20,738 nucleotides of DNA from Tubiluchus corallicola (taxonomy: Eukaryota > Animalia > Priapulida). Shown one piece after another: positions 10,447 to 20,738 of this stretch. The DNA is taken from assembly GCA_030141605.1 (NCBI GenBank), contig JAQGDQ010001928.1:1-20738 (forward strand). Direction: 5' to 3'. A model generated the notes under the pieces. That model worked only from the letters and a program-made list of their open reading frames with translations, had not been told where the DNA came from and searched no databases. Both the position numbers and the translations under genes were made by a program. Numbering within the stretch: the first letter of the stretch is position 1; each line of letters begins with the position of its first letter.

Positions 10447-11309
10447 ATTTTTTTCTTTCAACAATACTATGGAGTGTCTGTATAAATTAGTTGGCTATTG
10501 TTTTTTAATTCTTAACTTATATATGCATAATTCTGAATTTGTTCTGAAAGCCCTTTGAAGAACAAAAATTTAAAAATGATCGAGAAAAGACAATGCATAT
10601 GGCGCTGGACTTGGAAAGTTTAGTGTGCGGGGAATTAAAATAATTTGGAGACATGATTGTGACATGTGGGTTATGAATCCAGTGCATGCCCAGAGGCACA
10701 TAGGAACAGTACGCCATCTGACTCGATGGTTTTTATTGATGTCACCCTTGTCTTTTGCTAAATGGGCGGAAACATGCCTCGTAGGTTGACGAAAATGGGG
10801 AAATAACGCTGTGCTGTTATGGCCCCAGGGTAAAGCTTCTTGACCATTGTCCGAAGCAGTTTAGAACATCATTTAATTCGCTAAACGGCCGGCAATATTC
10901 TCTCCGGGCATTGTTGCAATTGGCCGCTCAAATTGAGTATGAAAGTTTCCAGTTGTCTGCAAATTGCTCGGAAATTCGGATTTAGGTATTCGAAGGCTGC
11001 TGCGACGGCACGACGCACGATCGTTGATGTCTGATAGTTGTCCAGTTAAAACAGGAATTATGCCTGGCAAGAGTTCAGCGCTGGACAAAAGTAAGAAGAT
11101 TTAAGCGCGCATTTCCTAAACACGCTAATTATCGGTCATTGCCTAACGAAGTCGGTATCAGCGGATGGCCCAGGGGCTCAATTTCCCACATAAAGCGATG
11201 ACAGTTGATTCAGTAGGGTAAATTAACGCCAAGCATAGTTGGTTTAGACAGAGTCGCGGTTTGTTAGAGTACTGGGATACGGCTACGCAATATTTCATGT
11301 TCCCGTGTG

Positions 11310-11670
11310 CAAGGCGTATTTCAGGGTGGGGATATCGGTCACCCTTCTCTCTCTCTCTCTCTCTCTCTCCCTCTCTCTCTCCCCCCCTCTCTCTCCCCCC
11401 CCTCTCTCTCTCTCTCTCTCTCTCACCCGCTCCCTCTCCCTCTCCCTCTCCCTCTCGCCGCATGCGCGCCGTTTGCCAGTATTGACAAGTATTAAGGACA
11501 GGTCTTGAGAATAAAGCAGTTTTTCTTTCAATTGTTCTTTCCTTTAACAACTGTATAACTCCATATTGTTCTCTTCGAAAATGCTTCTCCGGCGTTCTAG
11601 AAGTTCAAAAATTTTGGGGGCCTCACACGCCCCACTTCCCCGGGCCTCGCTTAGGCTGAAATAGGCCCTG
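11310..11670 (+). mobile_element. hAT-superfamily MITE, family A, copy 2 (internal deletions, longer CT tract ~11346-11455)
   Basis: 8-bp TSD CCCGTGTG (11302-11309, 11671-11678). Left TIR CAAGGCGTATTTCA (12/14), right TIR TGAAATAGGCCCTG. Body nearly identical to 8913-9155. Confidence 0.92.
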
Positions 11671-12959
11671 CCCGTGTGTGTGTATAAGATTTTATTTGTA
11701 CATATTACTTATTATAACAGTACAATTCATCAATATTTTGTTCAATTCAATATCAATTCAACAATTTACAGGAACATTTACATTAGCTAGTTGTAATATA
11801 ATATAATACAGAATCTGACGAATTTCTTCATACGAGAAGCCTGTGAAGACCTTGCAAGATACAAGTTAATAATTTGAAGAACTCTAGAAAACCAATCTAG
11901 GTCAACAGTCATCAAACTTACTGAAGACTGCAAAAGACAAATTCGACCTTTGACATTTGTCACCTGAAATTGTTCCCAGCAGGAAGCTGTGACATTTTGA
12001 TTTTCTAATTTAAAAAATCATTATCATCGTGTGCGGTACATGCTATGACGAGCATTTGATATCCGTGTGTTCTGCCATATTAGTACTTAATTCTTTTGAT
12101 TCTTAAAGACCTTAAAACTAATCTTTTGCATCAGTTTTCTGTTTCAAGCATCTCTAATTTACGTTTCAGTCTTTCAAAGACTGTAAAAACTGCGATACCA
12201 TCACGCGAACGATAATTAAAAATTACTAAATTAGGAATGCTAGCAGCATCTGCACAGCTTGCACCTGCGCATTCTCCTTTCTGTCTTTTTTTATCAGACA
12301 CGACTTCTGCACCTAGACAAATCAGCAACTCTTTTATGCTGGAGAATCTGATGAAACTTCTAATCTGTGTTTTGCATTCACCTGAAACACGATTTCTTGC
12401 AAAACATCTGCCATCCCCGAATCTCTGACTCTTTGCTGCATGTTTAGTCTCCTGGACAAACTGCCCGAGGACGCTTTTTCAGACGCTTATATTCCACATC
12501 TGGCTCTGAATCGGACAACGTTTCGGGAAATGTAGCGCATTCGGCAGTGGCAACAGCAGCTGTTCGGTGGATACAACGTTTATTTTTCTACCTAGGTGGT
12601 TCCGGGTGGTGTCACGTGACCCCCCGTCTCCTGAGTCAATACTATAATGACGAGTTTTGTTCTTTGCCGATAAACAATGGCAAAAATTAACCGTATTCGT
12701 TGCCCGTTTGTATAAATTTTGGCAGGATGTCGGTTCTGCTAGCCCTTTGATGTCAAATGGGATGATATCCCATCTTGTATCTGCATTTGGAAAAGTTCAA
12801 CACTGAATTTCAGATTTTATGAACTTCTGGACGACGGTCGAGCAGTGGTTTTACCAATGTCTGCTGTTGTTGTTTAAGAATTACAAGTATGGTTTACGGG
12901 AAGTTGTACGAAATTCGGGTTGCTGAGGGTTAAGTGAATGGGGTCACGGGCGATCATGA

Positions 12960-13880
12960 AAAGGAAAGTCGTCTGCCTCAACAACGCGTTTGTTGAAAGA
13001 ATGGTTGAGAAAGTGTACTGTGCACAGCAACACAACTTACTAAAGCAGGGGTGTGCAAATTATCTGACTAGCAGGGCTACATTAAACTTACACGCAATTC
13101 CTGCGGGCCACAGGCAGTTTGATCAAAGAGCCAAGTACAGAAAGGCCTAATAACGATTTTTTTTGCATCCGACCTGGGTACATCATTACTACTACACTCA
13201 AGAAACTATTTTAGAAGTTATTAAAATTTATATTAAAAACCATATATTTCTACTTTCAGGACAGATAGTGGTCATTTCATTACAATGCATATTAGTAATG
13301 TGTATCACGCAGTCTGTGTAGTACAGGGACATTAAGCTACAACCGTCTTGTAAGGGTTAATGGCATCCGATCTAGTAGAAAAAACTACCCGCACTATCTT
13401 TGGTATCGTGGCACGGACTTCAGCTGGATACACTCACTTAATCGCCCGGGCCGCACTTTCATTAGGTTGACAAATCTCTTCACGGGCCGCACAAATTCTC
13501 TCGGCGGGCCGCAATTTGCACACCCCTGTACTAAAGGAAAGAGATTTGAACAGTAACTCTACCAAACGTATGGTTTACAAGGAATTTAACCGGGACTTGA
13601 AAATCGCAAACATACCAGAGAATACTATAGAAAAATACCGCATATCTTTCACTCGACTAAGACTACAAGCACTTCACTTAAGAATTGAGACCGGTAGATG
13701 CGATGGCGAAGTTAGAAACCAACAGACTATGTACATGCAGAGAGACAAACAGAAAAACATGTATTAATGAACTGTAACTTGATTACTGAAATTAGAAGAA
13801 GATATTCTAGTGTGAACTGTTCTGCACTGTCTAATATTATGCTGAGAACAATCATGCATTTGAAATTTGCTTTCAAGTTT
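12960..13880 (+). mobile_element. Decayed non-LTR retrotransposon ORF C-terminus (RTEX/CR1-like zinc-knuckle region), interrupted by a hAT MITE
   Basis: YRISFTRLRLQALHLRIETGR, then across frameshifts RLCTC and QTEKHVLMNCNLITEIRRRY, matching the R.S.H.L.IETGR...R.C.C...E.H.L..C motif of LINE ORF ends. Boundaries are approximate. Confidence 0.75.
13046..13528 (+). mobile_element. hAT (Charlie/Buster-like) MITE, family B
   Basis: Perfect 16-bp TIR CAGGGGTGTGCAAATT. Perfect 8-bp TSD TACTAAAG (13038-13045, 13529-13536) with central TA. Subterminal CGGGCCGCA motif three times near the right end. Confidence 0.95.
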
Positions 13881-14131
13881 TAGAAACTTCAAAACTAAAG
13901 AGTAGTTTTATTAATGTTTACTGTTCGCTTAAAATATAAGAAAACTAAAATGCGTAACCAACTTTTCAATGGTATAAAGTCAGTACAACTATTTTGTTTT
14001 AAATACTAATGTGATGCGCTTGTGATAAGGTTTTGACGAAAAGAATAATGGATGGACTGTAAATTTTATTACTTTCTGCTACCCCTGTGTTTGTATTAAC
14101 CATTGTATTTACACTCGATAAACTGTCCTAC

Positions 14132-14950
14132 TATGGGTTTTACATGTCAAGTGTAGACCTACGTTAACTCAAATGTAGATTTAGGTAATTTAAATGTGTC
14201 TTGGTAACTCAAATGTAGATTTAGGTAATTTAAATGTGTCTTGGTAACTCAAATGTAGACATAGGTAATTCAAATGTGTTAACAATGGTTTTCAACAAAT
14301 CTTAAGCGTTTTTGGTAAATCAAATGTAGACAAATGTGACATTGGTATCTCAAATGTGGATAGGTGGTAAAGCTTAAGGATGTTAAATTTAATCTCCTTT
14401 CATTTCAATTTAATAATTGCTCCTAAGTTAAAATAACAACGTTATAGGCCTACTAATAGATGCACTATCTTTGGTTTATCTTTTTCTAATTTGCAGTTAA
14501 ATAACTTAATTACCGATTTATTCAAAGTAATGCATCTACATTTGACTTACCTAAGTCACATTTGAGTTACCAAAACACATTCGAAATTCCTATGTCTACA
14601 TTTGACTTACCTAAGTCACATTTGAACTTTCCCGTGTCTACATTTGACTTACCTAAGTCACATTTGAGTTACCAAAACACATTCGAAATTCCTATGTCTA
14701 CATTTGACTTACCTAAGTCACATTTGAACTTTCCTGTGTCTACATTTGACTTACCTAAGTCACATTTGAACTTTCCTGTGTCTACATTTGACTTACCTAA
14801 GTCACATTTGAACTTTCCTGTGTCTACATTTGACTTACCTAAGTCACATTTGAGTTACCAAAACACATTCGAAATTCCTGTGTCTACATTTGACTTACCT
14901 AAGTCACATTTGAACTTTCCTGTGTCTACATTTGACGTGTAAAACCTATA
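14132..14950. mobile_element. Foldback-type non-autonomous element with arms of tandem subrepeats
   Basis: Terminal IR TATGGGTTTTACATGTCAAGTGTAGAC / GTCTACATTTGACGTGTAAAACCTATA. The left arm has ~40-bp repeats containing CAAATGT; the right arm (14534-14935) has 42- and 60-bp units containing ACATTTG; an AT-rich spacer lies between. TSD not resolved. Confidence 0.8.
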
Positions 14951-15866
14951 CTGCAGTCACAGTGCCTACAACGTGCAGCCACATTGGGTAAAAAATAAGT
15001 TGATGATTCGTAATGTGTTCCTACTTAGCACACTTACCTACCCCTATGCTCTCATGCAGTACAAGAAGCCCATTGTGGTATGAATTTAAGCAGATTTTGG
15101 ACAATCAGCCGTCAAATCTGGCAACGTGTACCAGCAGTTAGCAGTGGACAAATCCGTCACACTACAAAGCCTGTCATTTAGGCGCACGCGAGGAAGGGAT
15201 TATCCACCCACCACCACCAGCACGCTGAAATAACAATCGTGATCATCTGTTGGTTTTAAAACGAGTTTCTTTCTAAAAAGGAGCCTTGTGCGTTTTGCTG
15301 TCAGCGGCTTGGGAGAAATCTGTGTCGCTGCTTGGTGAGGTAGTTGCTGCCTTCGTGAATATGTAGTTTCTTCTCATATGTGTAAAGTATTTCCAGATTT
15401 GTTGATGATCGCCTGTAGACAAATAACGTTGCACGAAGTGGAGTTCCTAACCATGCAGTTTTTATTGATCACTTTCATTGTTCTGTTAAGTTTTTCAACA
15501 AGTAACTTACACAACAACAACAACAAGTTTTTCATGAATACAGTTCTTTTGACTTATCCTTTATGTGTTCCTTCTTCGTTCTTCTGTTGATAAATTGGTT
15601 TTCATACTTCATTTTTTACCTTCCGTTCTTCAGTTCGAATGCTCTTTCAGCGATTCATTCATTCAGCCTGTTAGTCGATTGGTCTATCAGTCAGTCTACT
15701 CATTTATTTGTCCATTCACTCAACAAGACTTACAAGGCTTAACGACTGCTAAAGTTACGTTTTATCTACGTCATTCATCTCTTCTTGCCCTAGTTTCTGC
15801 TTGGATCTTCAAGCTTTTGCTTTCTGAATACTATTTTTGTCTATCCATTCGCTGTCTCTGGCTCAA

Positions 15867-16917
15867 AGCAAAACCGGACCCAGTCTGTACGTCAAAATAA
15901 TCTATTCTTTAACCCTTTCATACACGTTGTATCCCGTGGGATACGAGAATATTTTGTGCCTTTAAAATTATTAAAATTTTAGAACCGACAGTTATTTGAT
16001 CTGTTAATAGTTATTTTGATTTAAGCGAATAACAACAGACTAAAAATGGTGATAAAATGGCAAACTAGAAAATCTACATAGCATAAAAAACTGCGCAAGG
16101 TACAGTACTTTAGAGATGACTTTGCACAGATCAGCATAGCATGCATACTAAATGTCTTAAATACTTTAAAAAATTATCCGCAGTTGCAAAATGAAGCACA
16201 TTTTATGCTTCCATTGAATCCCAATGTATCCCGTGGGATACAGGCTATATTTAGCACGCTGGCACAGGTAGAAAAAATTATTATTATGTGTAAACAAGAT
16301 GGACATACTGAACAAAAGTGCCAAGCCAAATTTTTTTTCTTATTAAAAAATAATTTGGGACTGAAAGGTTTAAATGTTAAAAAGAGTCATACTATTTTTG
16401 GCAGCATGACTTATGCGCGAATTATTACCACACAAACACAATTTCGCGTACGCACCACTAGTTCTTCGCTGTTACATGCATTTCGCTATTCGCTAGTTAA
16501 ACGGGCACTGGCGCCTGCATTTCGAAAACGCATTGCGCAAAAAACAGGTGCTGTACCTCTCAGTTCAGATGTGCTCGTTTCTGACGTACTGCACATGTAC
16601 TGGACAGCTCATGCGTGAGCACAGCGGTAAATTTGAATTTTGAATTTTTATCTTAAAACTTGCCTAAGTTTTAGTACAACACACTGAATATCTTACACTA
16701 GCACTGTACTTCTGTTTTCGCTTTCGCAAACACGTGCAACACGCTCGTGGCATATTTTTACTGTTGGTAATTAGTATTAAACGCGCTGTTAATTAAGATT
16801 TTAGTCTATTATTTAACTATCAGAAACGTTTTATTTTCCAGTATTATCGGTACTAAAATGTTATATTTTTTACCTTACTTGAAAATGAGGTGATATGAAA
16901 AATCATCCTGTCTTGCT
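15867..16917. mobile_element. Putative Kolobok-like element hosting the piggyBac MITE copy 2
   Basis: Left end TCAA|AGCAAAACCGGAC and right end ATCCTGTCTTGCT|TTAA (10/13 IR). About 590 bp after removing the nested MITE. The right part is homologous to 1-242. Confidence 0.5.
15913..16369 (-). mobile_element. piggyBac-type MITE, copy 2 (inverted relative to copy 1)
   Basis: TTAA at 15909-15912 and 16370-16373. Ends CCCTTTCATACAC and GGGACTGAAAGGT (terminal G>T change). Reverse-complement match to 2156-2618 over the full length. Confidence 0.9.
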
Positions 16918-17192
16918 TTAAGGGGTAAAAATGTTTTCTTGCAAAAACCTTATAGCACATATTACTGATAGTATATATATATATAATCTTTATTTGGCAT
17001 TAAAATACATTGATAATCACTGATAAAAACTTTACAGAGATGATCAATCAGTGTTACTTAATAAAAACTTACATTGCTAAAGGCAAATGCGTCAGTGCAA
17101 TCTAAACTACTGTGCAGTAATGGAAAGTAACGACGAATAAAATCAAACATATTTACAACTATGCACAAAAAATGAAAATAATTATGATTTAA

Positions 17193-17406
17193 TTAATATG
17201 GCCGTGGATATATGAATTCTGAATTAGTGTGTATGTTGTCGTACTGGTGTGATGGTATTTCATATCTGGTTAATATTGGTGATTTTAATTTTGTTTTCAT
17301 TGCTGATAGGGAGTTGATTTGTTTAATCTGTAATGGTAGAGAATTCCAAAGTAGAAATGCTTGTTTGATTACAGAGTTCGTTCCATAGTGGGTATTTGTC
17401 CATAGT
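17193..17406 (-). mobile_element. LINE remnant, CR1/L2-group ORF2 C-terminus
   Basis: The minus strand translates LWTNTHYGTNSVIKQAFLLWNSLPLQIKQINSLSAMKTKLKSPILTRY..., the T.YG..S......LWNSLP..IK...SL...K..LK motif of CR1/L2/Crack ORF2 ends. Confidence 0.85.
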
Positions 17407-18081
17407 GTTTTCCAATTTTCCGTTTCGTGTCTTATTTAAGTGACCGTAAACAGCGCTTTTTTCCAATTTGTTGAAAAACTTCTGAAAACTAAACTAATGG
17501 GCGTGTGTCTCATCTCCAGAAATGTGCAGAATGTAGAATGACTGACGTTTTTACAGGATAAATGTCTCCCCGTCAATTCGTTGACTCTTTGCGTGAATTT
17601 CACAATTCGTGTGGCGGGGCGCCATCAAGACTGCGGCGCCATCAATCACCTTACTGACTAGCGGAATAAACCGGCGTGACTAACTGATTGCTTACGATTT
17701 ATCTGTAATAATTTATCTTATCGTCCGTATTGGGTTAAACAGTGTTTTGCTGAAGCCATCTTAACTCCATCTGGCTTCATTGTTCGCCTGGGTAGCGTTG
17801 GTGATGAAAAAGATGGGTATCGCGATTTTGGGATGGAATTAGCGGCTCCCGAGCGAAATGAGGCGCGAAAATCATCATTGTCTGCATATTGCGTGCGCGG
17901 CGACGCCTAGCGGGCGCTTGTTATCTCCATATTGAGTATGCCGCGTCGCCTAGCGGATGGATGTTTATCTGCGGGCAAAGCTGCGGGAGTAATTGAGCGT
18001 AAGAATATGCAGATATAAGTGGAAGAATATGTTAATCATTTTACTCAATTCTTCCGTAACATTTATTTAAAATTCGAATAA

Positions 18082-18611
18082 AGGAAAACCGGACGATTGT
18101 TTAGACTCAATCTCATTTTCATTTACAATCCAAAATATGCGTCTTCTTGGCTATAAAAGTTAGCAGTTGTTTCTTATATTTAAATAATTAGCTTAGAAAG
18201 TTAATTAACGGCAACCGAACACAGCTATTGTTTACGTCAGAAACTAACCACAGTTTGTGCAATGGCAGGCGTCTTCCCTTGCGCGTCAAGCACATTTGCA
18301 TAGGTGTAAGAGTACTGTTTAAACGCATGATGTCACGAAAAGTGGGCTCTATATCATATGACGTCAGAAACTAACACTGCAGCTCGTGATCATGGTTATC
18401 ACGGTACCGTATTCTATTTGTCGCCCACGCGAATGTGACAAAAAGGCGCCGCTGCCAATCTTAGTAGATTCACTGGGCCGCGCGTAGCTTTGAAAATTTG
18501 AGTATCCGAAGTAATTATTATTTAATCTAAGCTTTGATTTAAAAAACTATTGTAGTTTTCAATATTTTAGAGCATTCTGAACTAATGTTTACACAATCAT
18601 CCGGTTTTCCT
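18082..18611. mobile_element. Kolobok-like MITE (RR termini, TTAA target)
   Basis: TIR AGGAAAACCGGACGATTGTTTAGAC vs reverse complement of the right end AGGAAAACCGGATGATTGTGTAAAC (22/25). Flanks ATAA (18078-18081) and TTAA (18612-18615). Confidence 0.8.
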
Positions 18612-18928
18612 TTAATTGGACATCGTTTCCCTTAACCAGGAGAAGTGTAAATTCAACCTACTCAGAATGTGAGTATCTCCTGGCAGTGAGGTAGTGTAAT
18701 TAAACTTGAGTAATATGCGAAGTGAATCACCTGAACTACTCCAGTTGAGTACTGGTAATTTATTGTTAGGATACTCAGTCTAAGCAGCAAGTTAGTTTTT
18801 CTGTGAGTACATGTTTGTCAATGGATTCAGTTTGAGTAACAAGTTTCCTAATTATGGAACGAACACACAGTTATTGAACTTTCTCAATAAAACTTCACCG
18901 AAAAGCAGCTAATGCAAAAAGCCTGTTT

Positions 18929-18968
18929 CTGGATTTGAACTAGGGTCCTTTGGATTACAAAGTTCAAG
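18929..18968 (-). pseudogene. tRNA-related fragment (possible tRNA-SINE head remnant)
   Basis: The minus strand reads CTTGAACTTTGTAATCCAAAGGACCCTAGTTCAAATCCAG, with a B box (GTTCAAATCC) at tRNA-like spacing from an anticodon-arm-like segment. No A box or acceptor stem. Confidence 0.35.
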
Positions 18969-19730
18969 TTTAAGATAAAAAATCAATAAAACTTGTCGTT
19001 TCATTCTATCATCACGAAGTAATCTTGAAGTTAAAGATGGAAATACTGTAGTTAGTTTATCATCATGTAGTATAATTTTAGGAACGATTTACTAAACTCG
19101 AATGTAAGTCGAATTGAGAATTAATCGTTTTGAACCAATTGTACAGCATTAAATTTTCTTTTTTTTATTATATACACTGTAGAGGAAAAAATCAATAATT
19201 TTACCTATTCAAAGACATGTTTAACTGTTATGTGAATACATGTAATGGTCTGATTACACATGGTAGTTATCTTCCGTGCTGAACAAGCACTGCTGCTGTA
19301 TTAAGGTTTAGATACATACAGTATATTAGATATACAATATAAAACAATTTGCTTAGGGTGATGTTGAACTTGTATCAGTCTTTGCTGACAGTTTTATGGC
19401 CCGGACTATACTGGCTCGTACGCTGGACTGCCCGGGGCCTACTATCGCGGCGTGGGAAACGCAAACCTAGGATACTAACTGATAACCATACCTTGACATA
19501 TGGCGAGTTGTTCGTAAAATACGAGTGCGCTTATACACACTAAGCAATCATAAATGAACGCTGTATTAGCTTTTGGCTGCCCGAATACGTTTCGAATTTA
19601 TAATGAGGCAACGCGGCAGTTTGGGCCGCTGAAAGCCTCCTGCAAATATGCGATAAAATGCAGGACAAATAGAGAAACTTGGAAACTTGCAGGCTAAGAA
19701 ATAGTACTAGAAACAGCTTTCTCGGAAACC

Positions 19731-19824
19731 GAGAGAGAGGGGGTAGAGAGAGAGAGGAGAGAGAGAGCGGGAGGGAGAGAGAGAGAGAGGGGGGAGGGAG
19801 AGAGAGAGAGGAGAGAGAGAGAGG

Positions 19825-19889
<65 letters not shown>

Positions 19890-19964
19890 CGGCAGAGAGA
19901 GAGGGGAGAGAGAGAGAGAGAGAGAGAGAGGAGGGGGCGGGAGAGAGAGAGGAGGAGGAGAGAA

Positions 19965-20018
<54 letters not shown>

Positions 20019-20025
20019 AGGGAGG

Positions 20026-20073
<48 letters not shown>

Positions 20074-20078
20074 AGAGA
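19731..20078. repeat. Imperfect (GA)n polypurine microsatellite
   Basis: Directly visible; explains the ERER/SLSL ORFs. Confidence 0.98.
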
Positions 20079-20362
20079 ATGTAAGTTGCTGTTTGTGAGA
20101 AATAAATCTAAGTGTGTACGCTGATGATGTTGACTTCATACCTTTTACTTTCGAAAGTCAAGGCCTGTATTTGTAAATCTTTTCATCCTATTTCTCGCAG
20201 CTCATTTTTAGTCTTTTGTATATAAAAAACGTGACACTTTCATCAGGTTTAGATCGTATTATTGTTGTCGGAGTATTGCTGATGTAGTTTTTGAAATGAA
20301 TGCAAGATTGTGCGCGTGCGCCAAGCTTTTGTTGTTGCGCTTTAATGGCTGCTGATGTAATG

Positions 20363-20738
20363 TAAACTATAAAACTCCCTTTTTAACTTCTTTCGAAAGT
20401 ATTGCCTGTCCATTTCACAAGCACATTGAAAAGCACAAGAGAAATCAGCAGGGGGTCTTGTTGTAAAGCTGCGTTTAAACTACAAAACTCCCTTTTTAAC
20501 TTCTTTCGAAAGTATTGCCTGTCCATTTCACAAGCACATTGAAAAGCACAAGAGAAACCAGCAGGGGGTCTTGTTACAAAGCTGCGTTTAAACTACAAAA
20601 CTCCCTTTTTAACTTCTTTCGAAAGTATTGCCTGTCCATTTCACAAGCACATTGAAAAGCACAAGAGAAACCAGCAGGGGGTCTTGTTGTAAAGCTGCGT
20701 TTAAACTACAAAACTCCCTTTTTAACTTCTTTCGAAAG
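20363..20738. repeat. Tandem array of a 113-bp unit, at least 3.3 copies, continuing beyond the window
   Basis: TAAACTA(C/T)AAAACTCCCTTTTTAAC recurs at 20363, 20476, 20589 and 20702; the copies are nearly identical. Confidence 0.97.

Noticed and set aside
12131-12580. Possible exon or decayed ORF on the minus strand
   Set aside because: Short frames with stops, no recognisable domain and no convincing splice pair.
14562-14942. 126-aa repeat protein (STFDLPKSHL)
   Set aside because: Open only because the 42- and 60-bp units are multiples of three; it is the arm of a foldback element.
19540-20139. SL- and ER-rich ORFs
   Set aside because: Translations of the (GA)n tract.

Overview
AT-rich eukaryotic (invertebrate animal) non-coding DNA; the 5S sequence resembles lophotrochozoan (mollusc/annelid-type) 5S as I recall it, which is an inference. 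No host protein-coding gene is supported, and almost all listed ORFs are artefacts of microsatellites, tandem repeats or MITEs. The window is a patchwork of mobile elements. The most notable is a ~567-bp minus-strand retroposon (5436-6002): a full-length 5S rRNA head with no Pol III terminator, a GC-rich body, and the extreme 3' end of an RTE-clade LINE, flanked by a near-perfect target-site duplication. It is a candidate 5S-derived, RTE-dependent SINE (SINE3). Also present are two inverted copies of a TTAA/CCC piggyBac-type MITE, three hAT MITEs with 8-bp TSDs, Kolobok-like TTAA elements, a foldback element built from tandem subrepeats, three LINE 3' remnants (one with a 12-bp TSD), and a head-to-head Penelope-like remnant with GIY-YIG and degenerate hammerhead traces. 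Tandem arrays of 128 bp (dimeric higher-order structure) and 113 bp and several long microsatellites complete the window. All family assignments come from motif recognition by eye, not from database searches.
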